From the NCBI GenBank assembly GCA_002269645.1, contig NIVC01000302.1, forward strand, positions 511-64,510: a stretch of DNA of 64,000 nt, in the 5' to 3' direction. This DNA is from Macrostomum lignano. Its lineage: Eukaryota. Both the position numbers and the translations under genes were made by a program. Under the pieces are notes generated by a model, which was not told the DNA's origin, made no database searches, and was given only the letters and a program-made list of their open reading frames with translations. Of this stretch, positions 1-17,700 are shown piece after piece (the stretch's first letter is position 1; every line of letters begins with the position of its first letter).

Positions 1-640
1 TCTCGGACATAATAATAATCTCAATCTCGGACACTATAATCTCAACCTCGGATATTAGAATCTTAATCTCGGACATCAGAACCTCAATTCGGCCATTAGA
101 ATCTCAATCTCGGACATTAGAACCTCAACCTCGGACATTAGAACCTCAATGTCGGGAATTAGAATCTCAACTTCGGACATTATAACCTCACTCTCGAAAG
201 ACATTAAATCTCAAACTATAGCATCAGAATCTCAATCACGGACGACATTAAAATCTCAAATCTCTAGCATTCGAATCTCAACTGCGAAAATTTAGAATTT
301 CAATCTCGGACATTAGAATCTCAGTCTCGGACGACATTAAAATCTCAACCTCAGAGATTACAATTTCAATGTCGGATATTAGAACCTCAATCTCGGGCAT
401 TAGAATCTCAATCTCGGACATTATAACCTCAATCTCGGACATTAGAACCTCAATCTCGGACATTAGAACCTCAATCTCGGACATTAGAACCTCAATCTCG
501 GACATTAGAACCTCAATCTCGGACATTAGAACCTCAATCTCGGACATTAGAACCTCAATCTCGGACATTAGAATCCCAATCTCTAACATTATAATTCTGA
601 TCTCGGTCTCGATATTAAAATCTCAATCTCGGACACAATG
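1..640. repeat. 21-bp minisatellite (AATCTCGGACATTAGAACCTC)n, DZANK1 intron
   Basis: Direct reading; near-perfect at 430-570. Confidence 0.95.
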
Positions 641-1201
641 TCCGGCAGAACCTTACTCACTATCCATGCGTCTCAATAGAAGTACACATGACTTTTTAAA
701 CGAGATTTATAGCTGGCCCAACAAACATTTGCAGCAACCCCATCACTGACAACCAGCAGCGGCAGTCAAGCTTCAATGCCGAGCCCCGACAGACTCTCAA
801 ATTCCTCTCAGCCCCGGCAGGGCAGCTCAGTCAGAGTAGGGAAAGGGGAGGGGGTTGGCCGACGGGAAAATCCAACGGCATGTTTTTGCTTCGCTAGGGA
901 TCAGTGAAAGCAGAGGGGATTTACAGATATGTGGGAAGGGGTTCTCTCTGCTTGTCCTTTCTTCTGGTCGGGAAGGGGAGCGCTAAACTCGAAAACTGTT
1001 GGGGAATTCAGGGGAAACGCTAGCAGTCGGGTGGGGATAAAAGAGCTCCGGATTTTCTTCCCCGAAGTCTGAAGGGGAGAGGGACGAATTGGATGCAAAT
1101 GCTTTGCTTCTCCGCCGCAGCTCTTCCCCCTGCTCCCCCAGTCACTGCAAACGCGCGAATTATGAGGTGACAAAATTTGGCATTAAAAATTGAGAACTCG
1201 C

Positions 1202-6685
<5,484 letters not shown>

Positions 6686-8767
6686 GACGGCGCGTTGATT
6701 AGCATAAGGTTATCGGCATCGAAAAAAAGTTTCGAATCAGTGATTATTTTGCTCGTACATATGAGTTGATTCACACTGCATTTACTGATAAACCATTAGT
6801 CATTTTGTATGCAACAAGAAGTACCTAAATTTTTAAAGTTAATACGATCTTCAGTGATTTACTCCTACCATAGGATATATTAAATCGAATTATATCATTG
6901 ATTAATGATTAATGATCAATGATTATATTATTACATCAAAGGAATATATTTAAATTAGATATTAGTTTAACACTAAAATTTGTTTTGGGAAGTAATATAG
7001 GCATCTTAGGCAGTGAATAATAATGACAGAAATTTATGAACTATAATTAGTAGCTCAAAATAATGACACAAAGTAACTAAAGTTTAAAACGTCAGAGTTA
7101 AAAATAACTGATGGTTAATTAATTTTATTAACTGTATAAATTATTCGTTTGATATCATTTTTTTATATTCATTGAAGCGTATCAAATAAAATTGATTCAA
7201 TTGAGTTCAATTTAGATATAATATTCACAAAATATGAAGCCTCGAAAGTGAAAGCTTATGCTCTACAAAAAAGACAAAAATGATTAAAAAAGACATGTAC
7301 CTATATACTAAAAACCTAAAAGTTTCGTCAACAACCAAGAACTCAAATAGTTTCACTTTCCATAGCCTTCAATAAGAACTCAAAAGCGTTATTTTAATGC
7401 TTTCTAGAGTGTGTTAAATTGTTAAATTATTTTAGTAAGTCTCAATTCTGGCTTTAGAATACAAAACATTATTCTTTCGTTAATTCTTTTTAATTCACAC
7501 TAAAGGGTTAAAGTGGATTCAGTATACCACACATAAGAAGAATTTTTCTACTCAAAATAGTATTTCCGTCCTCAAATTGAATAAAAAGCTATAAACAATT
7601 TCTTGCTTTCCAAATTTCGTGTAAAGTGTAGTATTTTTAGTATTAAACAAATAAATAATAAGCTTAAACAGTTTTACTAATTAAAATGCGATATTTTTTA
7701 GTACGGAAAAAAAGCTTTGTTAGGCTATGTTCGTATCCATTGAAAACAGATCTAACTTTTTTGAACTATGCGTTCAAAGCGAAATAGACCAAATTAGCAA
7801 CCAGGGCACAACCGATTGTCTTGGTAAATGATAAACAAGGTAACTATTTTTATGTAGAATCTATCCAATTCTAAATAAAATTATTTATCTTTATCTTTAT
7901 CTAGCAAAGATAAAATTAGTAAAAAAGTGCTTAAATTTACTGCTCAATGTCTCTGTAGCTAACTATAAGTTAGTAGATTTATAGGTTAAACTAGCAATCA
8001 GCGTCCCCCGTTGGGGAGCCAAATCGGAATCAAAAGCCAACCCAAAATAAATTGTCGCAAGCTTATTGTTCATAGTAATTTTTTACTGACGAAAATATAA
8101 TTTTAATTTACATGTCTATGTTTTTAAATCACTTGCTTTAAGAACTTTTTTCCTGGCTTGTAATTGTATTCTACTGTACAGTTTTGTCTGAAATACGAGC
8201 GTATTATGTTGGATCAAATAACAATATCAAATATCAAGCGATTTTTTGTTATTTGGTGCGTGCGATGCTTTAAGAATAATTATTTTGTCTATATTAACTT
8301 AATTTGGTCAATGGGACAAGAAAAAGTAGCTCATACTTTATAATATGGATACATGATGCCATTTAGATGGGGCAAATACAAGTTATTTTAAAGACTCATG
8401 ATATAAGTTTGTGAGGTGACAAATATTTTTGTTTTATCTTGACTAAGAGATAAGAAATAAGATATTTTCAATTAAAAGAATCGATTTGAACTTGTTTTAT
8501 ATAATAGTTCTTAATGTTGCACAGTATTTTATGATCATTTATAATATATTGTGTTTCAAAGAAATTTCTACCAATACTTGTATAAATATCTGAGCACAAA
8601 GCAAAGATAAAGAAAAAAGATAAGAAAATTATCAAGGGTTTGATTCAATCATTTGACATCTATTTTTTATATTGCTCATTTTTCTTAGTTGCAAATTCAA
8701 TGCCTTGCGATACAAGTTCTCAATAAATGATAAAAAATGTCAAAACATACTGCATGCTCTGTCATCA

Positions 8768-11700
8768 ATGAGCTCCGAGAGTTCACCACCAGGCACGGCG
8801 CAGTCGCCAAACACAGCGGCGGCCGCCGCAGGCAGCAACGACGGCAAGCAGGTTAGCCGGGCCGCCTCGTCCTCGGCGCTCCTTGTCGAGAGCGGCCTCG
8901 CCCGCAAGCCCGTCAGCCACAGCCGGCCGCAGAGTCGGCAAGCCAGCAGCGGCGGCGGCGGCTCCGCTTCAATGATTCGCCGTCAGCCCGGCAGCGCCGG
9001 CGGTGGCCGAAAAAGTCCGGCTACCTCAACAGGCGGTGGCAGCGGCGGAGTGGCTTCGCGCGCCTCCCTGCCGCCGTTGAACCCGCAGCCGCCCGAGTAC
9101 CTGAGGCCGCAGGTGCGCAGCGCTGTTGGCCGCTACCGCCGCGCCCACGAAGAAGAGATGATGCAGCGGCTGCTGGCCTCCCGAGACGACGTCAAGTCGG
9201 AGGCGCGCCAGGCCCGCCAGGAGGCCGAGCGACTGTCGCGGCGAATCCCCACGGAGCTGCTGGCCAAGGAGTGGCTGAACATGGAGCGGGCCTCCATCGA
9301 GACTCGGGCCTTCCTCATCGACTCCGTCTTTCCCACCGTGATCCTCGGCCTGGAGAAGCTGCTGAATGAGGTGCAACGCCGGGAGCTGCAGAACACAGAG
9401 GAGCCGTGCCCGAACTTCAATCCGATCAACTACCTGGGCCAGTACCTGATGCGGAACAACCCGCGCTACAGCAATTTCTCCGAGGCGTCGCCCTACATCC
9501 GCGGCCTACGAGAGATCTCCGAGGAGCTGCGCCAGGAGATTTTCACCTTCAAGGACAACAAGCTGGCCCAGCTCAAGGCCAATGCCAAGCGGAAGAAGCT
9601 GGAGAAGGAAGAGGCAGAGAAGCGCCGGCTAGAAGAGCACAAACGGAAGCAGCGCGTCATCGAGGAATTATTTGACAAGTTCCGAGTTGGCGACGAACTT
9701 CGAATCGAGCTGCCCGTGGTAAGGAAGCCTTTCGTATTGCAATAGTTTTCCATGCTTGCTACTACTGGAAGCAGTAGATCTCAATCATTCGAATTCATTT
9801 CTCATTCTGTCTCCAATAGCTCCAACGGGCCATTAAATCCTTCTCGGAGTTGGCGCAGGACTTTCCCGACGAGCTGCGTCAGCACCTGCGCCTCGTATTC
9901 GAAGTTCTGGTGACCGAGGAGGCTTCGCACAAGATTGGCCGCAAGGAATTCGGAGATGTGAGTGGACGATGGTACTAAATGGTTTTGGTTCAACCACTTT
10001 TTTGTAGTAGTTAAAGGCATCAGCAGGTGATAAGTCACAGAAAAGAATCAGAAAATTGAGTTGTAAAGAATGTAAATTCAGGTGCTTAGCCAGGATTCAC
10101 GTCAGGGGGGACAGATGACATCAATCCATCTCCGATGTTAGCGATGGAAGCAAAATACAAAGGCAGTAAAAAATCCCCCTCCCCCCTTACCCCCTTGGCT
10201 ACGCCCCTGTGTACATTTGGGGTAGAAAGAGCTTATCAGGGAGGACGTACATATGGGGTAGAAAAGTCTGATTCGGTGGTATGTACATTTGGGGTAGAAA
10301 AGTCTGATTCGGTGGTATGTACATTTGGGGTAGAAAAGTCTGATTCGGTGGTATGTACATTTGGGGTAGAAAATTCTGATTCGGTTGTATGTACATATGG
10401 GGTAGAAAAGTCTGATTCGGTGGTACGTACATTTGGGGTAAAAAAAGTAAAACTCGAGAGTATGTCATTTGTATAGAGTTTTTTAACGCAAATTATCTGG
10501 TTTTAGTTTGAGAAGATGTTAAAATGAGTTTGATACCAAGCAACAGCATATCGCCAATTAATACGCTAATCTGCAGTTCTTGACGGAGCTCATCGAAGAT
10601 ATGCCGTTCGACCTGTTCGAGGAGTTCACAAATCACTTGGGCGAGTGCGCGCTCACCTATAAGCGCCGGGCCGAGCGAGAGCTGCGCCGCACCATTCTAT
10701 CCGATCTGTTTATCAGCTGCGACCACGACGAGATTGGCATGCTTGATAGGCAGCGCATCCTGCTGCTGTTTGACAAGTTCTACGAGTCGGTGGCCGAACA
10801 CAGGAGACAGTTTCTAAGAAATCCTAGAAAATGTGAGAATCTCAGAGCGTTATCAAACAGGCTTGTCCCCTCAAAATTTCCGAAAATTGCTCTGATCTTT
10901 CGCTATTAATGAACCATCTGCCAAACTTATCTAAAACTTCTAACCCATCTCAAGAAAACCACTACGAGCAATTTTAGCTCGTATAATGAATTTCACCAAC
11001 AACTTCATAGCACACTTGTATTTCTACCCCGGCACACCAACCCCACGCCTTGACACCTCCCCTAGCTCCGCCAACCCACTCAATTCTGGCTATTATCTTT
11101 CTACCCTGGCACACCAACCCCACGCCTTGACACCTCCCCTAGCTCCGCCAACCCACTCAATTCTGGCTATTATCTTTCTACCCTGGCACACCAACCCCAC
11201 GCCTTAACACCTCCCCTAGCTCCGCCAACCACTCAACTCCGGTTATTATCTTTCTACCCTGGCACACAAACCCCACGCCTTAACTTTAGGCTTGATTCAC
11301 TAAAGAACATTGCCGCTTCTAATTCCAGGGCCGGTTCGTGAGCTGCACGAGGAGATGCGCGAAGTCCTGGAGGAGCAGGCTAAGGAGGACGAGGAGCGAG
11401 CCAAAACTATGCTACAGGAGGAGGCCGAGGAGGCTGCGGCGGAAGCGGCCGCCGTTCTCGAGGATGATGAAGAAGTGGAGGAGACTGAAGAGACTGACAG
11501 GGAGATGGCAGAAGAAACAGTTGAAGGACGCGAGTCGCCCAAGGATGGAGAGCAGCTGGGAGAGGAAAGCAGCAAAGTAGCGACGGAGTCGCAGGGCAAG
11601 GAGCAGACTCGCAAGACGCCATCACCACCAGCGGCAAAGTCGCCTGAACCTGCGACTGCCGAGCAACCAAAAAGTCCATCGCCGCAGCCTTCTCCGAAAG

Positions 11701-14700
11701 AGGCAGCCAAAAGTCCGTCGCCGCCTCCGCCGCAGGCGGCTGAGGATCAGGAGACGCTGGCCTCTCCGAAGGCAGCTAAAAGTCCATCGCCACCGCCAGC
11801 TGCAGCTGCAGACCAATCCCCGGCAAAGAGTCCGTCACCGTCTCCAGCCAGGAAGACGGTCGCCGACGAGGGCGCTGAGGAGGAGGCAAATCAGCCGTCA
11901 GAGGCCGCCACCCGCGAGGAGGTCAGCGGCTCCAGCGGCAGCGACGCAAAGGCCAAAGCCAAGGCGAAACGCGAAGTGACTTTCGAGGACGAGGTGCGCA
12001 AACGGACGGAGTCACCGTCGTCGCCGCCGACGCCGCCGCAGCAGGGTGAGGGCGAAGGCGAAAAGGCGACGGGCGGAGAAGCTGATGAAATGTTAGCGGG
12101 TGAGTCGATTTTGCTGCTACTAGAAGCGGATTAACTTCTGGAAAGCTTGGCAAAAGGAATCATAAGTCAAGTGATTTTTTCTGTTGCAGAAGACGTCCCG
12201 ATCGATCTTCAGGACGAAGGCGTGGAGCCATTGAGCCGCGATATCAGTAAGTTCCAAGGCTAAAGTGCTGTAGTTAAGCATGATTAGAGGTTTTAGCCTA
12301 GCAGGGTCTGTAGCCTTGTGGCTAGAGCGTCGGAATCACGACTTGAAGGTCGGGGTTCGATTCCTGATCCCACTGGAACAATTTGTGTCCTTGAGCAAGA
12401 CACTTAACTCTGCATTGCTTCAGTTCACCCAGCTGTAAAATGGGAGCCAGCATTAGCTGGGGTAATTGAGGCTGTGTGTGGCGACCCCCCCTCCCCCCCC
12501 CCCAGTCCTTGGACTGAACAGCCGTACGCAGCCTTCAGATGCGCCTCGCAATAGCTGCGGCTGAGCTGTCGGATTGGGGCAGGTGTAATCAACTATAGTT
12601 ATTATTATTATACTTAAGTTCGATATACCGAACAGAAGAGCAGTGACGTCATCAAGCTGCCTTATAAATCTCCCGCACTTGAAGCATTCACTTGGAAACA
12701 GACATCCGATCCATCATTATTAGTGAGTGACGACGCTAGTCTGCTTTTTCATTCTCAACAAAAACACTTCAAAAGTCGCGGAATAGGAGTCACGAGTGCA
12801 CGGTGTTGTCATATTCCATCACGTTATTTAATTAAGTTCAGCCTCAATTTTTGCATGCATCAATGCCAACCCAATAGTTCGCGGAGGAATAAAAGCAAAA
12901 AATGAACAATAAAAATGATCCATTTCAGTTAGCAAAGCATTGGATCAGTTTCTAGGTAAAAACATTTTTACTGATTATTTTCTATGCTTATAATATTCAG
13001 TTCTGTTCTTTTCTGAAGACCGCTATAAATCTGTCCTTTGTTTATTTGCTTTGATACTCGTAAGAGTGTACATGTAAGCCTTCTATTCTATGCGATCACA
13101 GGTTTATTGAACTTTTTCTGTTGAAAACTTTATCATTTATATGCTATTTACACTATTCAGATTTTTTACTTTTCTAGTGCTTTCAGTTTAAGCACATTCA
13201 GTTTTAACGGTTGTGCTACTGAGTCACTCTGACCCACTAGAACAGTCAGTGAGTCCCTCTGACCCACTAGAGAAGTCAGTGAGTCACTCTGACCCACTAG
13301 AGCAGTCAGTGAGTCACTCTGACCCACTAGAGCAGTCAGTGAGAGTCACTCTGACCCACTAGAGCAGTCAGTGAGTCACTCTGACCCACTAGAACAGTCA
13401 GTGAGTCCCTCTGACCCACTAGAGCAGTCAGTGAGTCACTCTGACCCACTAGAGAAGTCAGTGAGTCACTCTGACCCACTAGAGAAGTCAGTGAGTCACT
13501 CTGACCCACTAGAGCAGTCAGTGAGTCACTCTGACCCACTAGAGCAGTCAGTGAGTCACTCTGACCCACTAGAGCAGTGAGTGAGAGTCACTCTGACCCA
13601 CTAGAGCAGTCAGTGAGTCACTCTGACCCACTAGAGCAGTCAGTGAGTCACTCTGACCCACTAGAGCAGTGAGTGAGAGTCACTCTGACCCACTAGAGCA
13701 GTCAGTGAGTCACTCTGACCCACTAGAGCAGTCAGTGAGTCACTCTGACCCACTAGAGAAGTCAGTGAGTCACTCTGACCCACTAGAGAAGTCAGTGAGT
13801 CACTCTGACCCACTAGAGCAGTCAGTGAGTCACTCTGACCCACTAGAGCAGTCAGTGAGTCACTCTGACCCACTAGAGCAGTGAGTGAGAGTCACTCTGA
13901 CCCACTAGAGCAGTCAGTGAGTCACTCTGATCCACTAGAGAAGTCAGTGAGGTACTCTGACCGACTAGAGAAGTCAGTGAGTTACTCTGACCCACTAGAG
14001 CGGTCATACCCAAAGTAACCCCCGCACGCTCCCTAAACAGCCGGAATTTCCAATCGCACGGCGGACACATCTCGGACAAAATCGTCCGCCTTTGATGAGA
14101 TGAATCTCACCAACGGCCAGTTTGTCCACGTCACCGAGACGTTCCTTGGTGACGAGCCGAAGAAAGACCTAATGGAGGACTTGATCATCTTTGTCCGGGA
14201 GGGATATGTAGAGACTGAGGACGAGAGACTGGTCAGGATTAAGCTGGTGAGTGGTATTGATACTGTATTTACTCAGTCATGCTCATGCTCATACTCACAC
14301 TCGTACTCGTACTCATACTCATACTCTTGCTCATGCTCATACTCATACTCATGCTCATGCTCATGCTCATGCTCATACTCGTACTCGTACTCATACTCAT
14401 ACTCTTGCTCATGCTCATACTCATACTCATGCTCATGCTCATACTCACACTCGTACTCGTACTCATACTCATACTCTTGCTCATGCTCATACTCATACTC
14501 ATGCTCATGCTCATACTCACACTCGTACTCGTACTCATGCTCATGCTCATGCTCATGCTCATGCTCATACTCATACTCATATTCATACTCATACTCATCC
14601 TCATCCTCATACTCATGCTCATATTCATACTCATACTCATCCTCATCCTCATACTCATGCTCATATTCATACTCATACTCATCCTCATCCTCATACTCAT

Positions 14701-17700
14701 ACTCATACCCGCCCCCTAATACCCGCCCCCTAATACCGCCACTGCAGATCCAACAGCGCCAGTTATCAGCCAAGCGCAAAGTGCTGCTAGACGAACTCTT
14801 CCAGCTCTGGGACAACGACGGGTCCGGATTCCTCGACCTAGACGAAGTGGAGAACGTCATGCTAAAGTACAAGGACGCCACCCTGCGCAAGGCCCTGGTT
14901 AAAGCCAAGAAGGAGCTGAAGAGCCGGTCGTCCAAGCTAACCAAGCAGCAGCAGCAGCACCAGGACAGCCGGCTGGCCAAGCGCGAATTTCGCGATTTCG
15001 TCAAATCGGCGGCAACGACAGGCGGCGAGGCGGACAGCATGGAGGAGCTCATCCAGTTCATGGCCGAGTCTGTCGAGCGCTCCCAACAGGAGCGAATCCG
15101 CGGCGCGGCGCGCAAGAAGTGGCTGGCCAGCATCCGACTGGCCGGTGAGGAGAGCGGCGCCAGCATGGAGCCGGTGTACCGCGCCGTGTTCTGGGCGCTG
15201 TACCGCGACGCGGAGACGCACGGCGATGGCAAGAGGATCTGCGCTAATCTGGCCCTTCTAGAGAGCAACAATCAGAATGTGGCAGAGCTGGGCGGCCTGG
15301 TGCTCCGCTACGTGGCCGCCACGCCTGAGGATGCCGACTTTGTGGTCGGCCAGAGCCTGTACGAGCTGTCCGAGACCGGTGTCAGCTTTCAGGTGCGCCA
15401 ATCCCATTCCCAACTCTAACGCCAACTCCAACCCAACTCCAACCCCAACTCCAACTCCAACCCCAACTCCAACCCCAATTCCAACCCCAACTCCAACCCC
15501 AACCCCAACCCCAACTCCAACTCCAACCCCAACTCCAACTCCAACCCCAACTCCAACTGCAACTTCCCCCCAACTCCAACCCCAATTCCAACCCCAACTC
15601 CAACCCCAACTCCAACTCCAACCCCAACTCCAACTGCAACTTCCCCCCAACTCCAACCCCAACTCCAATTCCAACCCCAACACCAACCCCAACTCTAACT
15701 CCAACTCCAACCCCAACCCCAACTCCAACCCCAACTCCAACCCCAACCCCAATCCGCAGGTGGTCCAGTCCGGCAAGCCGCTGCACGTGCCCCGAGTGAC
15801 GGCCAACCCGTCGGTGCACTACTTCAACAAGGCCATCAATCTGCAGGAGGTGGACGGCGCTCTAGCCGTAGTGCCCCTGAAGGACCGGCAGAAGCGGGTT
15901 TTCGGCACCCTGGCGGTGGACACTGTGGCTGATCCAGTGCGCAAGAGGCACTTCGTGGCTCACGAGATGCAGTTCTTCCAGGGCGTCTCGAATGCCTTCA
16001 GTATCGCCTACCACAAGGTTGGCCAATGATGGCTTGAAGGGTCTTCGGCGAATTTCAATTCTAAGAAACTTTTAAAACGTTCTTTTGCATTTTGAGGACA
16101 TGGCAGGGTAGCCCAGCAACTGATGACCTGAGAGGCTGGTGGTGGTTGCCCAGCAACAGAGGATCTGGGAGGCTGGTGGTGGTTGCCCAGAAACAGAGGA
16201 TCTGGGAGGCTGGTGGTGGTTGCCCAGCAACAGAGGATCTGGGAGGCTGGTGGTGGTTGCCCAGCAACAGAGGATCTGGGAGGCTGGTGGTGGTTGCCTA
16301 GCAACAGAGGATCTGGGAGGCTGGTGGTGGTTGCCCAGCAACAGAGGATCTGGGAGGCTGGTGGTGGTTGCCTAGCAACAGAGGATCTGGGAGGCTGGTG
16401 GTGGTTGCCCAGCAACAGAGGATCTGGGAGGCTGGTGGTGGTTGCCTAGCAACAGAGGATCTGGGAGGCTGGTGGTGGTTGCCCAGCAACAGAGGATCTG
16501 GGAGGCTGGTGGTGGTTGCCCAGCAACTGAGGATCTGGGAGGCTGACAGTGGTTGCCCAGCAACTGAGGATCTAGGAGGCTGGTGGTTGTTGCCCAGTAA
16601 CTGAGGATCTTGGAGGCTGGTGGTGGTTGCTCAGTAACTGAGGATCTGGGAGGCTGGTGGTGGTTGCTCAGTAACTGAGGATCTGGGAGGCTGGTGGTGG
16701 TTGCTCAGTAACTGAGGATCTAGGAGGCTGGTGGTGGTTGCTCAGTAACTGAGGATCTAGGAGGCTGGTGGTTGTTGCCCAGCAACTGAGGATCTGGGAG
16801 GCTGGTGGTGGTTGCCCAGCAACAGAGGATCTGGGAGGCTGGTGGTGGTTGCTCAGTAACTGAGGATCTGGGAGGCTGGTGGTGGTTGCTCAGTAACTGA
16901 GGATCTAGGAGGCTGGTGGTTGTTGCCCAGCAACTGAGGATCTGGGAGGCTGGTGGTGGTTGCCCAGCAACAGAGGATCTGGGAGGCTGGTGGTGGGGGG
17001 TCAGCAACTGAGAATCTGGGAGGCTGGCGGTGGTGGGTCAGCAACTGAGGATCTGGGAGGCTGGTGGTGGTTGCCCAGCAATTGAGGATCAACTGAGGCC
17101 CAGCACTGTATGCATTCTACACACTATTAGAGGTGATATTTGATTTCAAGAATTCTGACTAAAAAGGATTTCAAAACTTGAAATAAAGCTTAAAAAACTC
17201 AACCATAACTCTCACAGGTGGACGCGCTGCAGAAGACTTTGCGCGTATCGGAATCGGCCCTGGTTTGGATCTGCAGGCGGGTGCCCGCTATTCAGAGCAC
17301 CGCTCTGTACATGCGCGAAAGCGACCACAGGCGCGGCAAAGGTGCCTACTGCCTGCGCAAGGTGATGAACGTCACGCAGGATGGCGAGGTTGAAAAATAT
17401 AAGGTGCCACCAAAGCTTAACAGGGACGAGAATGTGTTCAGGTGAGGCCTGGGGAAAATATATAGTTTTGAAAACCATGCAATTAAGTTTTAACATCTGA
17501 TATCTCAGTCTGACACCTAAATAAAAACCTGACCTCTAGAACTCCAACCTGACATTGGGGAATCCCAATATGACGTAGGAGAATCTCAGTCTGACAGTGG
17601 GGAATCCCAGACTGATATCCGAGAACCGGGAAATCCCAGACTGACATAGGGGAATCCCAACCTTACAATGAAGAATCAAAATCTTACAGCGAGGAATCCC

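Noticed and set aside
12303-12375. Possible tRNA gene
   Set aside because: Has A/B boxes but continues into a CORE domain and simple tail, and lacks a clean acceptor stem and oligo-T terminator; treated as a SINE head.
16128-17092. Regular 37-bp (and 34/36-bp) repeats that superficially resemble CRISPR repeats
   Set aside because: Head-to-tail with no unique spacers, no cas genes, eukaryotic intronic context.
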